Assembly: GCA_000826855.1 (NCBI GenBank)
Contig: JTLS01000019.1
Span: 1-46,435 of the forward strand
Origin: Basidioascus undulatus
Taxonomy: Eukaryota
DNA length: 46,435 nucleotides
Reading direction: 5' to 3'
Position numbers and translations under genes: made by a program. Positions 34,018 to 46,435 of this stretch are shown here, piece by piece; within the stretch, counting starts at the first letter, position 1, and each line of letters starts with the position of its first letter. The notes beneath the pieces were generated by a model. It was not told where the DNA came from and did not search any database. It saw only the letters and a list, made by a program, of their open reading frames with translations.

Positions 34018-35888
34018 TCAGTAGCGGTGGACCTCCTCGCGCTCGCGGCCGCGCATGAAGGGCGGCTCGGTGCCCTTGTAGTAGATGTCGTCCCAGAGGT
34101 GGTCAAGCGAGGGCTCGGGAGACTGCTTCGCCTCCTCCACCGCCTGGTCGACCTCGGTCTTGGCGGCCTTGTCAATCGCCTACGGGGTACACGAATTAGT
34201 GTTAGCAAGCGTGAGACTCTTGAGGAAAGAAGGAGTGATGAAAGAGGGAGCGGAAGGAAGGAGAAGGAGGGTGGGGGAGAAGGAAATGGGGAGCGAGGAA
34301 GAGGGGACAAACCTTCAGGTCCGACTCCTCCGCGACGCCCCACTCGAGGATGCGCGTCTTCAGGCCGTTGATCGCGTCCTGGGTCGAGCGCATGTGCTGG
34401 ATCTCCTCACGGGTACGGTAGGTGGTGCCGGGGTCGGACATACTGGGAGCGCGCCATCACGTCAGCTGGATTGCAGGCGGAGAAGGAAGCGCTGCTAAGA
34501 GGGAGGAGAGGAGACGCACGAGTGACCACCGTAGCGGTAGGTGACGAACTCCACGACGAGCGGGCCCTTGCCGTCGACGGTCCACTGCTTGGCCCACTTG
34601 CACGCCTGGTGCACGGCGAGGATGTCCATGCCGTTGACCTGTTACGAAGTTCCACCGATTAGGCAAGCTCGTTCTTACGAAACGAGCGGGGAAAAGCAGA
34701 ACTCGAGCAGGGCTACGCACCTGGAGACCTGGGATCAAGTCACCGCGCTTGAAATACTCGGTATTGCTGGAGCTGCGCTCCGCGGACGTGCCCATGCCGT
34801 ACTTGTTGTTCTCGCAGACGAAGACGCAGGGGAGGTTCCAGAGCTTGGCCATGTTGTACGCCTCGAAGACCTGGCCCTGGTTGCTCGCGCCGTCGCCGTA
34901 CATCGCGAACGTCACGCTCGGGTTCCCAACGTACTTCTGCGCAAACGCGATGCCGGCGCCGACGGGCACCTGCGCGCCGACGATGCCGTTGCCGCCGAAG
35001 AACGTCGGCGTGAACATGTGCATCGAACCGCCCTTGCCGTTGGAGATGCCGGCCTCGCGACCTGCAGCGGCGGAGCGAAAGCAGGATTAGCGGGAAAGGG
35101 TGGGCTGGGAGGGGCACGGAGAGGGAAGACGAACCGAGAAGCTCAGCAAGGACACTCTTGATCGTACCGCCACGGAGGACAGCGAAGGGGTGGCAGCGGT
35201 AGGCAGTGATGACACGGTCGCGATCCGTGATCGCTGACTCCATGCCGACGGAGATGGCCTCCTGCAGGGCGGGGAATGGGGAAGGGAGGGAGGAAATGGT
35301 CAGCGGACGGTCAATGATATCGATCTTGCAAGTGCATGTATGCCTTCCGGCACTCTGCAGGTGGTTCCCATGGCATTCCAACATCCAAAGAACCCCAAGG
35401 ATGCCTTATCGTGCTACATCTGCCCTCCTCGCTCCCACTCGCGTCTCGTTCTACTGGGCCCAGCGCACTCACCTGACCAATCGCCAAGTGGCAGAACCCG
35501 CGGATAAGCTTAGCCTTGTAGAGGGCGTCGGCGGCCTGCTCCATCCTGCGCATGGTGACCATCTGCTTGTACATGTTGAGCAGGCTATCCTTGGTGACCT
35601 CGACGTCGAGCGGGGGCGCCTCGGTGCGGTAGCCGTGGAACGAGTCCTCGTGCAGCGTCACGGTGAACTTCTCGTCGGCGCCCTGGGGGACATTGGACGG
35701 CGACTGCGAACCGAGAGCGGACTGCTGGAGGAAGCGCGCGGTGGACGGGAGGCGCTGGGGTAGGGGAAGAAGGGGAGGGTAAGCAACACTGCAGGGGGAT
35801 GATTGCATCGTATCGGGTAGAATATGAAATCGCGACGCACAACGGCGGGGCGGACCGCGCTGCGGAGGGAACGCGCGAGGAAGAACAT
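34018..35888 (-). CDS. PDA1: Pyruvate dehydrogenase E1 alpha subunit, mitochondrial
   Basis: [113 protein letters not shown]-terminal REREEVHRY*. Confidence 0.97.
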
Positions 35889-37752
35889 CGCGAGCAATGG
35901 GGAGGAAGGGGAGAGGAACGGCGAGGAGCAAGAGAGCAAACGGCGGCGGTGAGGCAAGAGAAGACGCAGCAGGTGCCGGCCGCCCGCGTGGGGGATCGAT
36001 GGCCACTTGATGGGGCGCGCGACCGGCGGCATCTCGGCGCCGTGTCAGGTCCGCGGAGTTGCCCTGGCACTGGCCCGTGCCCTGCGATAAGGGCCACCTT
36101 TCACCGTTAATATAAACCGGCTTTTATAACGCTTTGGGGTTTTTTTACATGTGGGAAAAGGTCAGAGACATTCAGTCTGAGCACGATCAACAGGCCATAG
36201 GCGCCTCAGAGAAAATGCACTCCCATTCGAGCGGAGCTGACATTTAGCTGTAGCTGTTTCGCTGTCTGGCATTTCTTTCGACTCTATAAATGGTGGTCTG
36301 AACATGAAAACCTATGAAATACTCATGGTCCGACAACGTATGTAGCTTGTAAGGTTTGGTAGGCATGCGGCACCATCACCGCTGCTAGGGAGCATTGCCC
36401 ATCCCACATACCGCAAGCAACAGATACGTTTTCTTCAGCCATTTTCGATGCATGCTCAAGCATGCAATATACCCCTTAAGAAGTATCCACTGGTTTGAGT
36501 CAGCATGGATGCTAATACCACATGGGTCCATGCAGCCCCATTCAACTGCAACGACCCTTTCGAACCTACGGTTGCTTTGCGCTGCTACATTCAACTTCGG
36601 CCATAGACCTCAATGTGCACGGGATAGTCAAATCTTTGTTTAAGCTTTTCACTGGCTGGTATGCCACACAAGGCAGACCGATGCAGCCAAACAGTCCTTT
36701 GTTCAGAATGCAATATCCTTAAGCGTAGTCAGAAGCCCAGGGCTCCTCCTTCAGCTCGTAGTCCACCACCCAGCCGTCCCTCTATGCAGGCACATCGATC
36801 TTCAAAAAGCGCTTCAGCCGCCCGTTGTACTCCCGCCAGATCATGACCGTGGGGTCCGCGGCGACCACCCAGCGCGAGCGCGGCAATCGCGAAAGGAGCG
36901 GACATCGAGAAGATCTGAAGAACGTGCGCTGTGAAGCGTAAGGAGTAGTCAGCACAAATTGGTGTAAGCAAAGGAGAAGGAAGGGATAGTAAGGAAGAGT
37001 GCGAACATCTGCCTGCGATGAGGGGGGGGGGAGAGACAAAGGAGTCCAGCTGCAAACATGATCCAGCTGCCAATTACGCCCAGCTGCCAAGTTCCATTTG
37101 CAAACCCCTCACGCGGCGGCTATCCGTTAGCCTTCAGTTTTTTGTTCATTAGTACTTCTCATTTTCAGTCCCCTCGATTGTGTCCTGCCTTCCTTGGAGC
37201 CACCGATGGAACACCTACGAGGCACCGCCTGATCCCCAGCCCAACGTACAGGCAGACCAACTGTACGATGGAAATCAACGTAAAACGACCGCGTCTTAGT
37301 TAGTGGTTCAGCACCTTGAAAGCTCAATGAAAGTTGAATGATCTACGAAAGACTGCGCAGCTTCCTCGGACTGCAGTTGGACTGCAGTCCACACTGAACT
37401 CCGCACGCCCGGCCAGGAGCGGGTGGACTTAATAGCGATGATTGGGCAATAAACACAGTGCGTTATCTTGTTAATCTTCGCTCTGGAAAGAGTGTGCCTC
37501 CTCCCCCAAACATCTCGACTGGCGAAAGAAAATGCCCTCGCAGATGAGTAATCTCGCTATCGCTCATCGCTCATCTCGGCCGGCCGGCACGGCGTCATCG
37601 CCCGCAGCCTTTCGTTCGTTCCAAATTCACGTTTGGACCATTGCGACCTCCATCTTGACCATCAGTCACTACCATCGCTATCTTTCCTCTTCTCTGACAG
37701 GGATTGTACCGCACAAGCGCGCCACACGATACACTAGACGGCTTTGCAGTAG

Positions 37753-40250
37753 ATGACGGACGCCCGGCGCGACTCGCGGCGCGACTCCCGGTGGAAGACG
37801 TGGGGGCTCGCTGCGGTGGATAAGGGCATCAAGGTGCGCCTTTGAAACTGCAGTTCTGCATTGCTTGTGGCCTTATGCTTAAAGGGAGGGCGAGGATAGG
37901 TCTCGGACTGGTTTGGCGGGTATGCGAATGCGGGAGCAGCGAGTGCGTAGCTGGGTGAAGGGGCAGGGGCATCCTCGGTTCCTGATCTCCTGTGGACTGG
38001 TGGACAACAGAAATCGGCGCAGAGCGCTTCTGGCCTGTGAGCGGGGACATGGTACGTCAGTGATTGTCCTCGATTGCCCCATATGGCCATAGCAGGGAGC
38101 GGTTCTCATCCACTCTCTCACAGGCGCTCGAGATAGACAAATGCACACGCATCCTGCGCGCTTTCACTGGTGAGCACCGCGTGAGCCTGCACATCATCAG
38201 GGGCGCGGGCTGATCGAATGGGGTTCGCAGTGGAGGGTATCGCCGAGGAAAAGGAGGTTAACGAGAAGACTTCGGAAGGGTGGATAACGAAGAAGGTGCG
38301 TTTCTGTCCCTTCCCGCTTCCATCCTCAGCGATCTACCTTCGTGAATCACAAAGACGTCTAACTCGTTCTCCGTACTTATTACTCTCAGCGCAAAGTTTT
38401 GTACGGCTCTCCTCTTCCCAATTCATCCTCCCCGCTCTATCGTCCCAACCTCATCTCCTTCCTGACCCTCCTTGACCCTCCTTCCTCTCCCTCCCTTCCC
38501 TTCGACCGGACTTCAGCAAAAAAATTCCCCCAGACGTGATCAAGTCAGCGAAGGGTATCGCAATCTTCTCGGCCATGCGAAGCGGGATCGCACCGTTTGG
38601 TGGCGCAGGCGGCGGAGGTGTCGTGGTAGGGCGGCTTCCGGATGGGTGTAGGTCTTCCCTTGTGGCGGGATATTTGTTAGATGTCGGCTGATTTCGGGGC
38701 GTGTGGGTGCTGGGACGTACAGCTTGGTCGGCCCCCTCTGCCATTTTGCCAAATAACCTTTCCGCAGGGTTTATGATTGGGTTGGACGTACGTCTTCCCT
38801 CCTCTTTTCGCTCCTTAGCACTCCCAGCTGAAGCTACGCCATCCCGGTTTGCAGTTCTACGACGCGTGAGTCCCGCTTCCTCAGCGTACAATCTCAAATC
38901 CCTGATCCCCCCCCTATGCAGCATCCTGGTCCTCCGCACGCAAAAGGCGCTTGACAGCTTCCGAACTCACAAGCTGACAGTCGGGTCTGAAATTGGCGTC
39001 GCGGCTGTGCGTCCCACGCTCTATCATTTGCTTACTCGCATTCTCCCTTCACTTGAGCCAGGCTTACCCGCCTCGCCGATCAGGGTCCATTCGGCGCCGG
39101 CGCGTCCGGGGAAATGGGGATTGAGCGCGCACCCATCTTCTCGTACCTCCGTTCGCGGGGCCTGTACGCCGGGGCGGAGATTATGGGGCAGGTGTTTGTT
39201 GATCGGTTCGACGAAAACGAGTGCGTCGTCTTTGTGCTTGACCATGAGCGTCCTGACGCTGACGTGGCGCTCGCAACAGGCGATTCTATTACTGTGCGAC
39301 TTCTTTCTCCCCCTAGAATCTTCAAGTTGGGCACTGAAGCAAGTTGCCTCGGCACAGGGCCAGGAATCAAAGCGGGGGACATCCTCTCCGGCAAAGTGCG
39401 CATCCCGCCCGAAGCTGCGATCCTCCATCGCGCGCTGCGCGACGCTGAGTCTGGTTCCGCGCAAGGCGATACTCTAGAGTACGACGACCCGGTCCCAGGC
39501 GATCGGGTCACGCCCGACATGGTTGGCTCGCTGGACCTTGGCGACGGGGAGACGCTTCGCCTCCCCCCGACGCCGGCCGAGCTCGAGCGCGCTGAGCGCG
39601 CGGGGTACAGGGACGAGGAGGACGAGCGTCTGGAGCGCCTGGAGCGCGAGGCGGTGTGGAAGATGCCCAAGCCGCCGAGGCACTGGAGCGTCCTAGCAAA
39701 GGCGAAGGGGTCCAGGCGGGTCGCCCCGGAGTGGAGGTTCTCCGAGCCTGTGCAGCGTAACACGAGTGGCATGGGCGGAGATGAGAAGGGGGAGATTGAC
39801 CCCGCCAAGATCCCCCTTCCGCCATCGCCCGTGGACTCGATGTTCTCGGACAAGTCGGCCTCGCCGTACAGGTCGCTCCTCAATTCCCCGCGCGGCGTCT
39901 CGTCGCCCGAATGCGCTTCGGAGCCGAACACCCCCCTCTACGCCCTCTCTACGCCCTCTCCTCCGCCTGCTCCCGCTCCTGCGCCGCCCCTGCCGCCAAG
40001 GCGATCACTGCCACCCCAGTGCCGGGAGGTAGAGGAAGTGCCACGCTCGGAGCACGAGTATCAGCGCGGTGCGGAGGACAAGGCTGAGAAGGAGGACGAG
40101 AAGGAGACGTTCGATCACGCGTACGATGGGGCTGTGTTGGAGGATGTGGACTTGGGGGATGCTTCGGGTCCGGCTCGGCGGAGCGGGGAGAGGGACGAGC
40201 ACGGCCGGAGCGGGCAGCGCGACTCTGTGGGTGTAGGCGCTGCGCTTTAG
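37753..40250 (+). CDS. SYLF/Ysc84 actin-binding-domain protein (Lsb3/Ysc84-like, no SH3 seen)
   Basis: GAERFWP, EIDKCTRILRAFT, KKIPPDVIKSAKGIAIF, GGAGGGGVVVGRLPDGSWSAPSAI, GFMIGLD|FYDA|ILVL, PIFSYLRSRGLYAG, RFDENE|RFYY|WPGIKAGDIL. Contains 11-14 nt micro-exons with canonical sites. Confidence 0.88.
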
Positions 40251-40546
40251 ACATTTATTCGGTAGACCCTCAGAGACGGGCGCGGCTGTGTGAAGGACTG
40301 CGTCGGGTCTTCCAGTTGGCTGTGTTGGTTGTGCTCGTACGGTACTTGTGACCTCTGAATTCGACGGTTTCGAACACCATCTATCGCAGCCGCACGATGT
40401 ACACAGGCATTCTATCTGCATTGCGTGCTGGCTGATCGCGTTATCGTCGCGCCTCGAGATCGACGGCATTCTTCCACGTGCAAGCAGCTCGCTATCGCCC
40501 ATTCCCCCATCCTCTTCTCTCTACTAGCACCATCCTCACAAGCCCC

Positions 40547-41974
40547 ATGAACTCCCCACCGCCGCGCGCCCGGTCGCCCTCCTCCGACCCACAAGCGCAG
40601 CTGCTCAAACTGCTCTCCCAGCTCGCAGGGCTGCTCGCGCTCACGCTAGAGTCCGTCCTCAGCGCGTCATTCGAGTTCGTCTGCTGGGCACTGCGTGTGC
40701 CTGCGCGGCCTGCTCGGGTGCCGGGTCGGGATATCGCTCTGGTTGTGGGGTGCGCTGGAGGTGAGCCTGTCTTATTTGGCTTACGCAAGGAGACGAGCGT
40801 GACTGAAGGTGGGAGTTGGCGCTGGAACGAACGCACAGAAGATACCCACCCCCTCCCTCTCCGACTCGCCTCGCACGGATACGTCGTCTTCGCCCTCGTC
40901 CTCTCACAGCCTCCTTCCCGTACACCTTTATCTCCGACCCAACCAACCCCTCCTCCTCATCCGACAACCGCCCCGATTGCCCCGACTTCTTCATCCTCCT
41001 CAGCGACCTCCTCGGACCCCGACGAGCTGCCGCTCCTCATCCTCAAGTGGGCCGAGCGAAAGAAGGCCATTCTCGTGTCTCAGCGCGGGCGTGAGCGCGC
41101 ACGCACATCGTCGGCGCAGGAGCGCGGCAGGGGCGGGGGCACGCTGGTCCCTGTGCGTTGCTTCTTCGTCTTCTCCCTGTCCCTGTCCTTCCGCCCTCTT
41201 CCTTGTCACGACTGGCTAACCCACCCGCATACTCAAAACAGCTGCACCTCGACCCACACTCCCCATTCTCCCTCCACCAAACGCGATCCACAGTACAAGC
41301 GTACCTGGAAACGAACAACCTCCTCCTAGCAGGCCTCGTCCTCCCCACCCCCCCGCTTCCCGCATTCCCTTCCACAACGATCACCTCTTCCTCCCTCCTC
41401 GACCCATCCCAGGCCGCTCCTCCACCTCCCTCAGATCTCAGCGTCGTACGCGAGTTCCTTCCGCTGCTCAGCGAGGTGCATGGGCGCGTAGTTCTCCTCG
41501 GGAGGCGAGGCAAGGGGGCAAAAGCAGCCGCCCAAGGTCCGTCCCAGTTTGCCCCGTTTCTCACGAGGCCTTCTCCCGCTGATGAGGGCCTGCGGGCGCA
41601 CCCGACGATTGAGGGGTGTCGTCCGCTCAGTGGTCGACGCCGCTCGCCGCCAGATCTGCTCCCTGCTATCGTCCGAGCTCACCCCGCAGGGGATATCGAC
41701 GTCCTGGGTCGAGTGCGGCGCGCCGTGCCCGATCCCAGCGCCCGACATGACACCCCCGCCGCTCAGGCTCAGGTTCAGGCTGGAGGGATGCGGAGCTGAC
41801 CTCGGACTTGGCTTCGATCCGTCCCTCCTCGCCTCCGTCGTCCGCGCCGCGCTCGAGTCGCCCTACCCGCGCGCGGTGTACGCTGCGGGGCTGGACGCTG
41901 CGTGGCGTGAGGGTGCAAGGGGCTTGTTGGGCGGATGGATGGAAAGCATCTGGAGGATGAGTGCGAGGAGTTGA
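40547..41974 (+). CDS. Hypothetical protein with degenerate SDR/Rossmann-like layout
   Basis: N-terminal hydrophobic segment, IALVVGCAGG, LRLASHGYVVFA, EFLPLL...GRVVLL, ELTPQGI, ALESPYPRAVYAAG resemble membrane SDRs. Exon joins only partly resolved. Confidence 0.5.
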
Positions 41975-42409
41975 GGCAAGAGGATTGCGGGAGGAGCGGA
42001 AGGGCAGGGCGGCAGCACATTGATGCATTGAGCTTGCGCTGCTGACCTGAGCTAGTGAGTGAGGTGATCGGGTGAGGGCACTAAGTGTTAAGACGCGTTC
42101 GAAGAGCTCGGTCAGCAAGCAGGGGACAAGGTCTGGGCGCGGCTAACACGATGCTGCTGTTGCGTGCCATCGGAACTCGGAACGGCGCTAGGAATGTCCA
42201 GTGACGCTCGCTGGGCGGTTGGTTGCAAATGTGCTGATGGATCAGACTACAATGCGCAGAAATCTTGGAGGCCGCGCTGCCCTCCGCCGAGCAGACGTGA
42301 ACACGCAGTCCGCCTCGCTGTGCTGCAGTCGCCCCCGCTCCTTCGCTCAGTTGGCGCGCGTGGACACAACGCACAGGCCGCAACTGTTAAGAGAGCAAAG
42401 CGGGATGGA

Positions 42410-44352
42410 TCACCGCCCCTTCCTCGCCTTCCCAACCTTCCCAGACGTAGCCGCCTTGCCCTCGCCCTTGCTCGAAGGCGCCTCGACGCGAGCGCGCTTC
42501 GCCGGTACAGGCGCAGGCGGGACATCGTCCTCCTCCTCATCCTCCTCCTTGCTCTGGAAGGACCGGAAGATCAGTCCATAAACTTCGGAAGGGCTATGAG
42601 CAACGAAGGAAAGAACGTACCCCCTCATCCTCCCCTTCCTCACCCTCACTGACCTCGCCAAAGTCCATCTCATCGAGGTCCTCCTCTTCCTCTTCATCCT
42701 CACCGGCCTCTTCGCCCTCAGCGCTCCACTCCTCGTCCTCGCCCCACTCGGCCTGCTCCTCTTCGTCCTCCTTCTCCTCGGCGTCGTCCTCGGCAGAAGG
42801 AGCCGCGCCCTTGCGCGCAGCCTTCTCGGCCTGCTTGCGCGCGACGTTGGCCTCCTGCTCCTTCCTGCGCGCGGCCTGCTCGGCCTTCTTGCGTGCGTGC
42901 GCGGCGGCGGTCTCCTTTGCTTCCTTGGGGGTCTTTTTGACTGCACGAAGAAGGAACGGAAAAGTCCGTCAGCTACCAACGACAGCAGGGCTAGACAAGT
43001 TGGGAACGTACCGAACTCGTGGAACAGCACCTCGCCCTCACCGCCGCCACCGCCGCCGCCCTTCTTCGGCTCGCTGCCCGCCAAGCCCGTCGTGATCTTG
43101 ACGAGCCTGAGCTCCATCCTGGGCCCGATCTCCCTGAGCTTGACCGCGCGCTTCTCGTCCTTCCTGTTCCCGCGGCCGACATAGTCCTCCGCGAGCTGGA
43201 CAACTTTGCCCCCCGGGCCCTCCTCCGCCTCGGACTCCGCCTCGGACTCGCTCCCCGTCTCGTATCCGCCGCCCGCCTGGCCGAGCACAAAGTCCGCGAC
43301 GTCCTGCACGCTCGAGAGGTCCGGCACGGCGGCGGTCTTGCGGGATTGGGTCGAGGAGGGCACGATGCGCCGCACGCGCTTTGAGACGCCGTACGGCTTA
43401 ACGGTAATGCTGTAGTGCCGGAGGTCGATCGTGTGCGTGGAGGGGTTGTAGGAGAGGAGGAGCAGCCGGCGCGCGGCGGAGAGGGGGAGGGTAGAGATGT
43501 CGAGCGGGGGGAAGAGGGACTGGAAGAGCGTCGTGAGGAGCTTGTGCGGCCGGGACGCGGTGGGGAAGCCATTCATCACGAGCTGTGGTTTATCCGCTCG
43601 ATGTGTCAGCGTCACCACTACAAGGGAGAGAATGGAAGAGGGAGTTGTGGAGGAAGCAAGACGCACGAGCGGTGGCACCTCGCCCGCCTTGCCGATGCTC
43701 GGGAAGTGTCTGCTCGCGACGCGGAGGTCGGACGCGAGCGAGTAGCGCTCGACGCGGAGGTGGAGCGTGGGCCCGCGCGGCGTGCGCGCGACGCGGAGGT
43801 TGACGTGCTTGTCGGTGCGGGTGAAGATGAGGATGTGCGTGAGCTGGAGCGCCGACGTGAGCGCCAGAAAGTCTGGCAGTCGATTCGAGGAGCGTTCCTG
43901 TGAGGAGAAGAGCCCCTTAGCTCGCCGGGGTGACGGAAGAGGAGCGGGACAGAGAAACGGCGTACACGCAGACGAGTCGCGGTGTTGGGCTCGAGGATGG
44001 TACGCACTTCGCGCACAAGCTGCGCGACGGATTTGCCCACGTCGCCGGAGCGGATGACGAACGACCGGGGTACCTTGCTCTCTGGTGCTCTTTCGACGCC
44101 GGGAGCGTGGCTGGTAGATACTTCCTAAGTCAGTATGCTAATACTCCCAGCGTCCCAACCGTTCTCCCATCCCGACAGCCCAATACTCGAGAAAGCAAGC
44201 CGGCGACAGACCTGAGGGCGCCGCCCTTGAGATGCGTCTTCTTGGCCTTCTTGCGGTGCTTGCCCTGTACCAACAAGTGTCCGGAGCCAAATGTAAGCAC
44301 TCCGCCATGGCTTATACCACCATACATGCTAATCTTGGGAAGAACTGACCAT
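42410..44352 (-). CDS. SSF1: Brix-domain 60S biogenesis factor Ssf1/Peter Pan
   Basis: ATG|intron|GKHRKKAKKTH, VPRSFVIRSG, LEPNTATRLR|ERSSNRLPDF, TPRGPTLHLRVERYSL, LVMNGF, FQSLFPP, IDLRHYSI, KRAVKLREIGPRMELRLVKI, GEVLFHEF, acidic tail. Confidence 0.93.
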
Positions 44353-44587
44353 TTTGAACAAAGACTGTGGTGTAGGACGTGGGGTGTGGCTGCGAGGAAG
44401 GCGACAGTCCGGCGAAAGTCCAACTTTTGGCAGCGTGGGAATTCATTGTCCGTGGAGTCCGTGGAATTTGTGCAATCCGTGGAAGTTAGCCGGATTCCCG
44501 AAGCTCCCTCCCCTAAGCTCCCCCAACGCGAACTGCCGCGAGGTCTGTTACTCTTCCACATCCACATCGCGTTTCCACATCAGAACC

Positions 44588-45298
44588 ATGTCCGCTGCCA
44601 AGTTTGAGAAGGTGCGCTTTGGCTCTCGAATCGGCGGTGCGAAGCGCAGCTGTGGGCGAGCAAGCTGATGGGCCCGGGGTCGTGGTGTGGACACACAGGC
44701 TGTCGCTATCGTTGGTTCTCTGCCGAAGGAGGGCCCCGTCCAGCCGACGCAGGACGAGAAGCTCAAGGTGCGTATTTTTGCTGATATTGCCCTCACGCTC
44801 GGAGTGTTGGCTGACCCATGTCCTGCTCCGATGCGGCAGTTTTACGCGCTCTTCAAGCAGGGTGCGCCTCCTCATCCGCCCTGCATTCGGATTTGCTAGC
44901 TGATACCAGGTCGTCTTTGCTTTGGTGGTGCGCAGCTAAGGAGGGTGACAACACCACCGCGCGCCCGGGCATGCTCGACTTCGTCGGCAAGGCCAAGTGG
45001 TTCGTCTCCCCTTGCCCAGCCCTTGCCCTCTCCCCTACTCCTCTGTTATTTCTTCATCTGATTCACCCGTGACGTGATTCCCATCGGCTTTCAATACATA
45101 GGGACGCCTGGAAGAAGGTTGAGGGCAAGTCGAAGGAGGACGCGCAGAAGGAGTACGTCGACGCGCTGATCGAGGTGCGTCCCCGTCTCCCTCTTCTTTT
45201 TCTCTTCCGGAATTGTACTAACTTCACGGAAACAGATCCTCCGCAAGTCGGACACTGAGGAGAGCAAGGGGTACATCGCCGAGATCGAGGCAGCTTAA
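44588..45298 (+). CDS. ACB1: Acyl-CoA-binding protein
   Basis: MSAAKFEK|AVAIVGSLPKEGPVQPTQDEKLK|FYALFKQ|AKEGDNTTARPGMLDFVGKAKW|DAWKKVEGKSKEDAQKEYVDALIE|ILRKSDTEESKGYIAEIEAA*; five canonical introns. Confidence 0.95.
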
Positions 45299-45390
45299 GC
45301 CGTTGGGGGGCTTAGCGTTGGGTCCTGCTTCACTAGCCAAGTCTGGCCGGTTTAATTTCCTTCGATTCATGAGACGAGATGACCGCGACC

Positions 45391-46212
45391 TCAAATGACA
45401 TTGCATTGGATAAAGCTGTAATATGACGCCCAGGCGCTGCGCAGCCGGTCTTCCGACTCACGCAGATGCAACTGACTAGAGCAAACACTGACACACACAC
45501 ACAGAGGGCATTCAGGTACAGGCCAAGCCCACATTGTGGTGAAGCGCAATTCTATGTCAACCGTGAGGCCGTATGTAACGTCAAAGAGCCCGTCGGACCT
45601 TCTCGAGCAGCTTGAGCATCGCGGGAGCATCGCGGGAGCGAGAGACTTGTGCCGGTGCTCCGGCTTCTGCATATCCTCCTCGAGGATTTCCAGAGTCTTC
45701 TCCCGGTTTCGAGGGTTAACGTCTCGGGCGAGGTCCATCGTGCTCCTCGTCAGAGGCAGGTAGTAGTTCCGCTTGCGCTGCAGCGACGACTCTGCTGTGG
45801 GATGGAGTTGCATGAGGTGCTGTTGAGCCATCGTAGAACATCTGCCGAAAATGCCGTAAGGAGTGAGTACAACATACAAGGCGCTGCGTGACGGGCCAGA
45901 TTCTCATCGTCTCATCAAACAACAGTAGGAGCTTGATCGTGTTGTTGTCGTCCATCCACTTGCAGCATGCGAAGGTGTTTAACGTATCTGTAACCCTCAC
46001 AAGCAGTCAGCTGGCTCGATTCAAGAAAGTCGATTCGACAGTGACAGAAATAATGTACCTTCGAACTCTTCCACCGGTGAAAGGCCGCGCAGGACCCAAC
46101 TGTCCGAAGAGACGGAGAACAACATTTGGTCGCCTATTATTCTGAAAATGAAGTCAGTATGGACATACAGAGAACTCTGGAACGCAAGCAATGACCTACT
46201 GTGACGGTTCAT
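45391..46212 (-). other. Possible divergent or decayed BTB/POZ-like gene
   Basis: TDFIFRI...LFSVSSDSWVLRGLSPV resembles a BTB N-terminus; downstream coding-looking frames do not join cleanly. Confidence 0.25.
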
Positions 46213-46435
46213 GGTGCGAGAGGTGGTCTGGAACGCTGCGAAGCAAACTCTTTGTCTGAGAGTGAGCTCAGCAGGCAGCTAATGGAGGACGGCCGGCAGC
46301 TTGCAGTGAGTCCGAAATCGCTTTCAACGTGCACTGCGTCTCCAAAGCCAAAGATCTGGCTGCTGGGCGAGTCTCCCCTTTTCTTCCCTCTTCCCTCCCC
46401 CCCCGCCCACACCCACTTCAACAATGGCTCCCCCC

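Noticed and set aside
35263..35473. TPP riboswitch in the PDA1 intron
   Set aside because: The CUGAGA and UGAU...UAAU...GCG core motifs are absent.
36729..37090. Short minus-strand frames (DPTVMIWREYNGRLKRF)
   Set aside because: Could be a relic, but no family or consistent exon structure can be supported.
37312..37390. ACCTTGAAAGC (ZRE-like) and the GGACTGCAGTCC palindrome
   Set aside because: Isolated short motifs, expected by chance and not near a metal-related gene.

Overview
Eukaryotic DNA: an intron-dense, GC-rich basidiomycete genome, probably Pucciniomycotina (taxon inferred). Most introns are about 50-90 nt with GTRMGT donors and CTRAC branch points, so the supplied ORF track is mostly exon fragments and shadow frames; I spliced genes by hand. 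Apparently intact genes: zf-C3HC/Rsm1 protein (5'-truncated), AA16 LPMO, SUV3, RPS19, a GT-A-like membrane protein, class I fructose-bisphosphate aldolase, phytochelatin synthase (PCS), PGC1-like GDPD, a single-TM orphan, PDA1, a SYLF/Ysc84 protein, an SDR-like protein, SSF1 and ACB1. Three metal-related genes look decayed: an AA9 LPMO, a ZRC1/COT1-type CDF zinc transporter and a COG0523/CobW zinc metallochaperone. There is also an AT-rich foldback relic. Top leads: (i) a possible zinc-economy neighbourhood, with a Zn-independent class I aldolase carrying ZRE-like promoter motifs beside PCS, between two dead Zn genes; (ii) PCS needs a GA-AG intron and a 4-nt micro-exon to rebuild its conserved catalytic region, and the next gene has a second GA-AG candidate; (iii) an AA16 and an AA9 relic in tandem, neither visible as a whole in the ORF track. 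All family calls rest on remembered motifs, not database searches.
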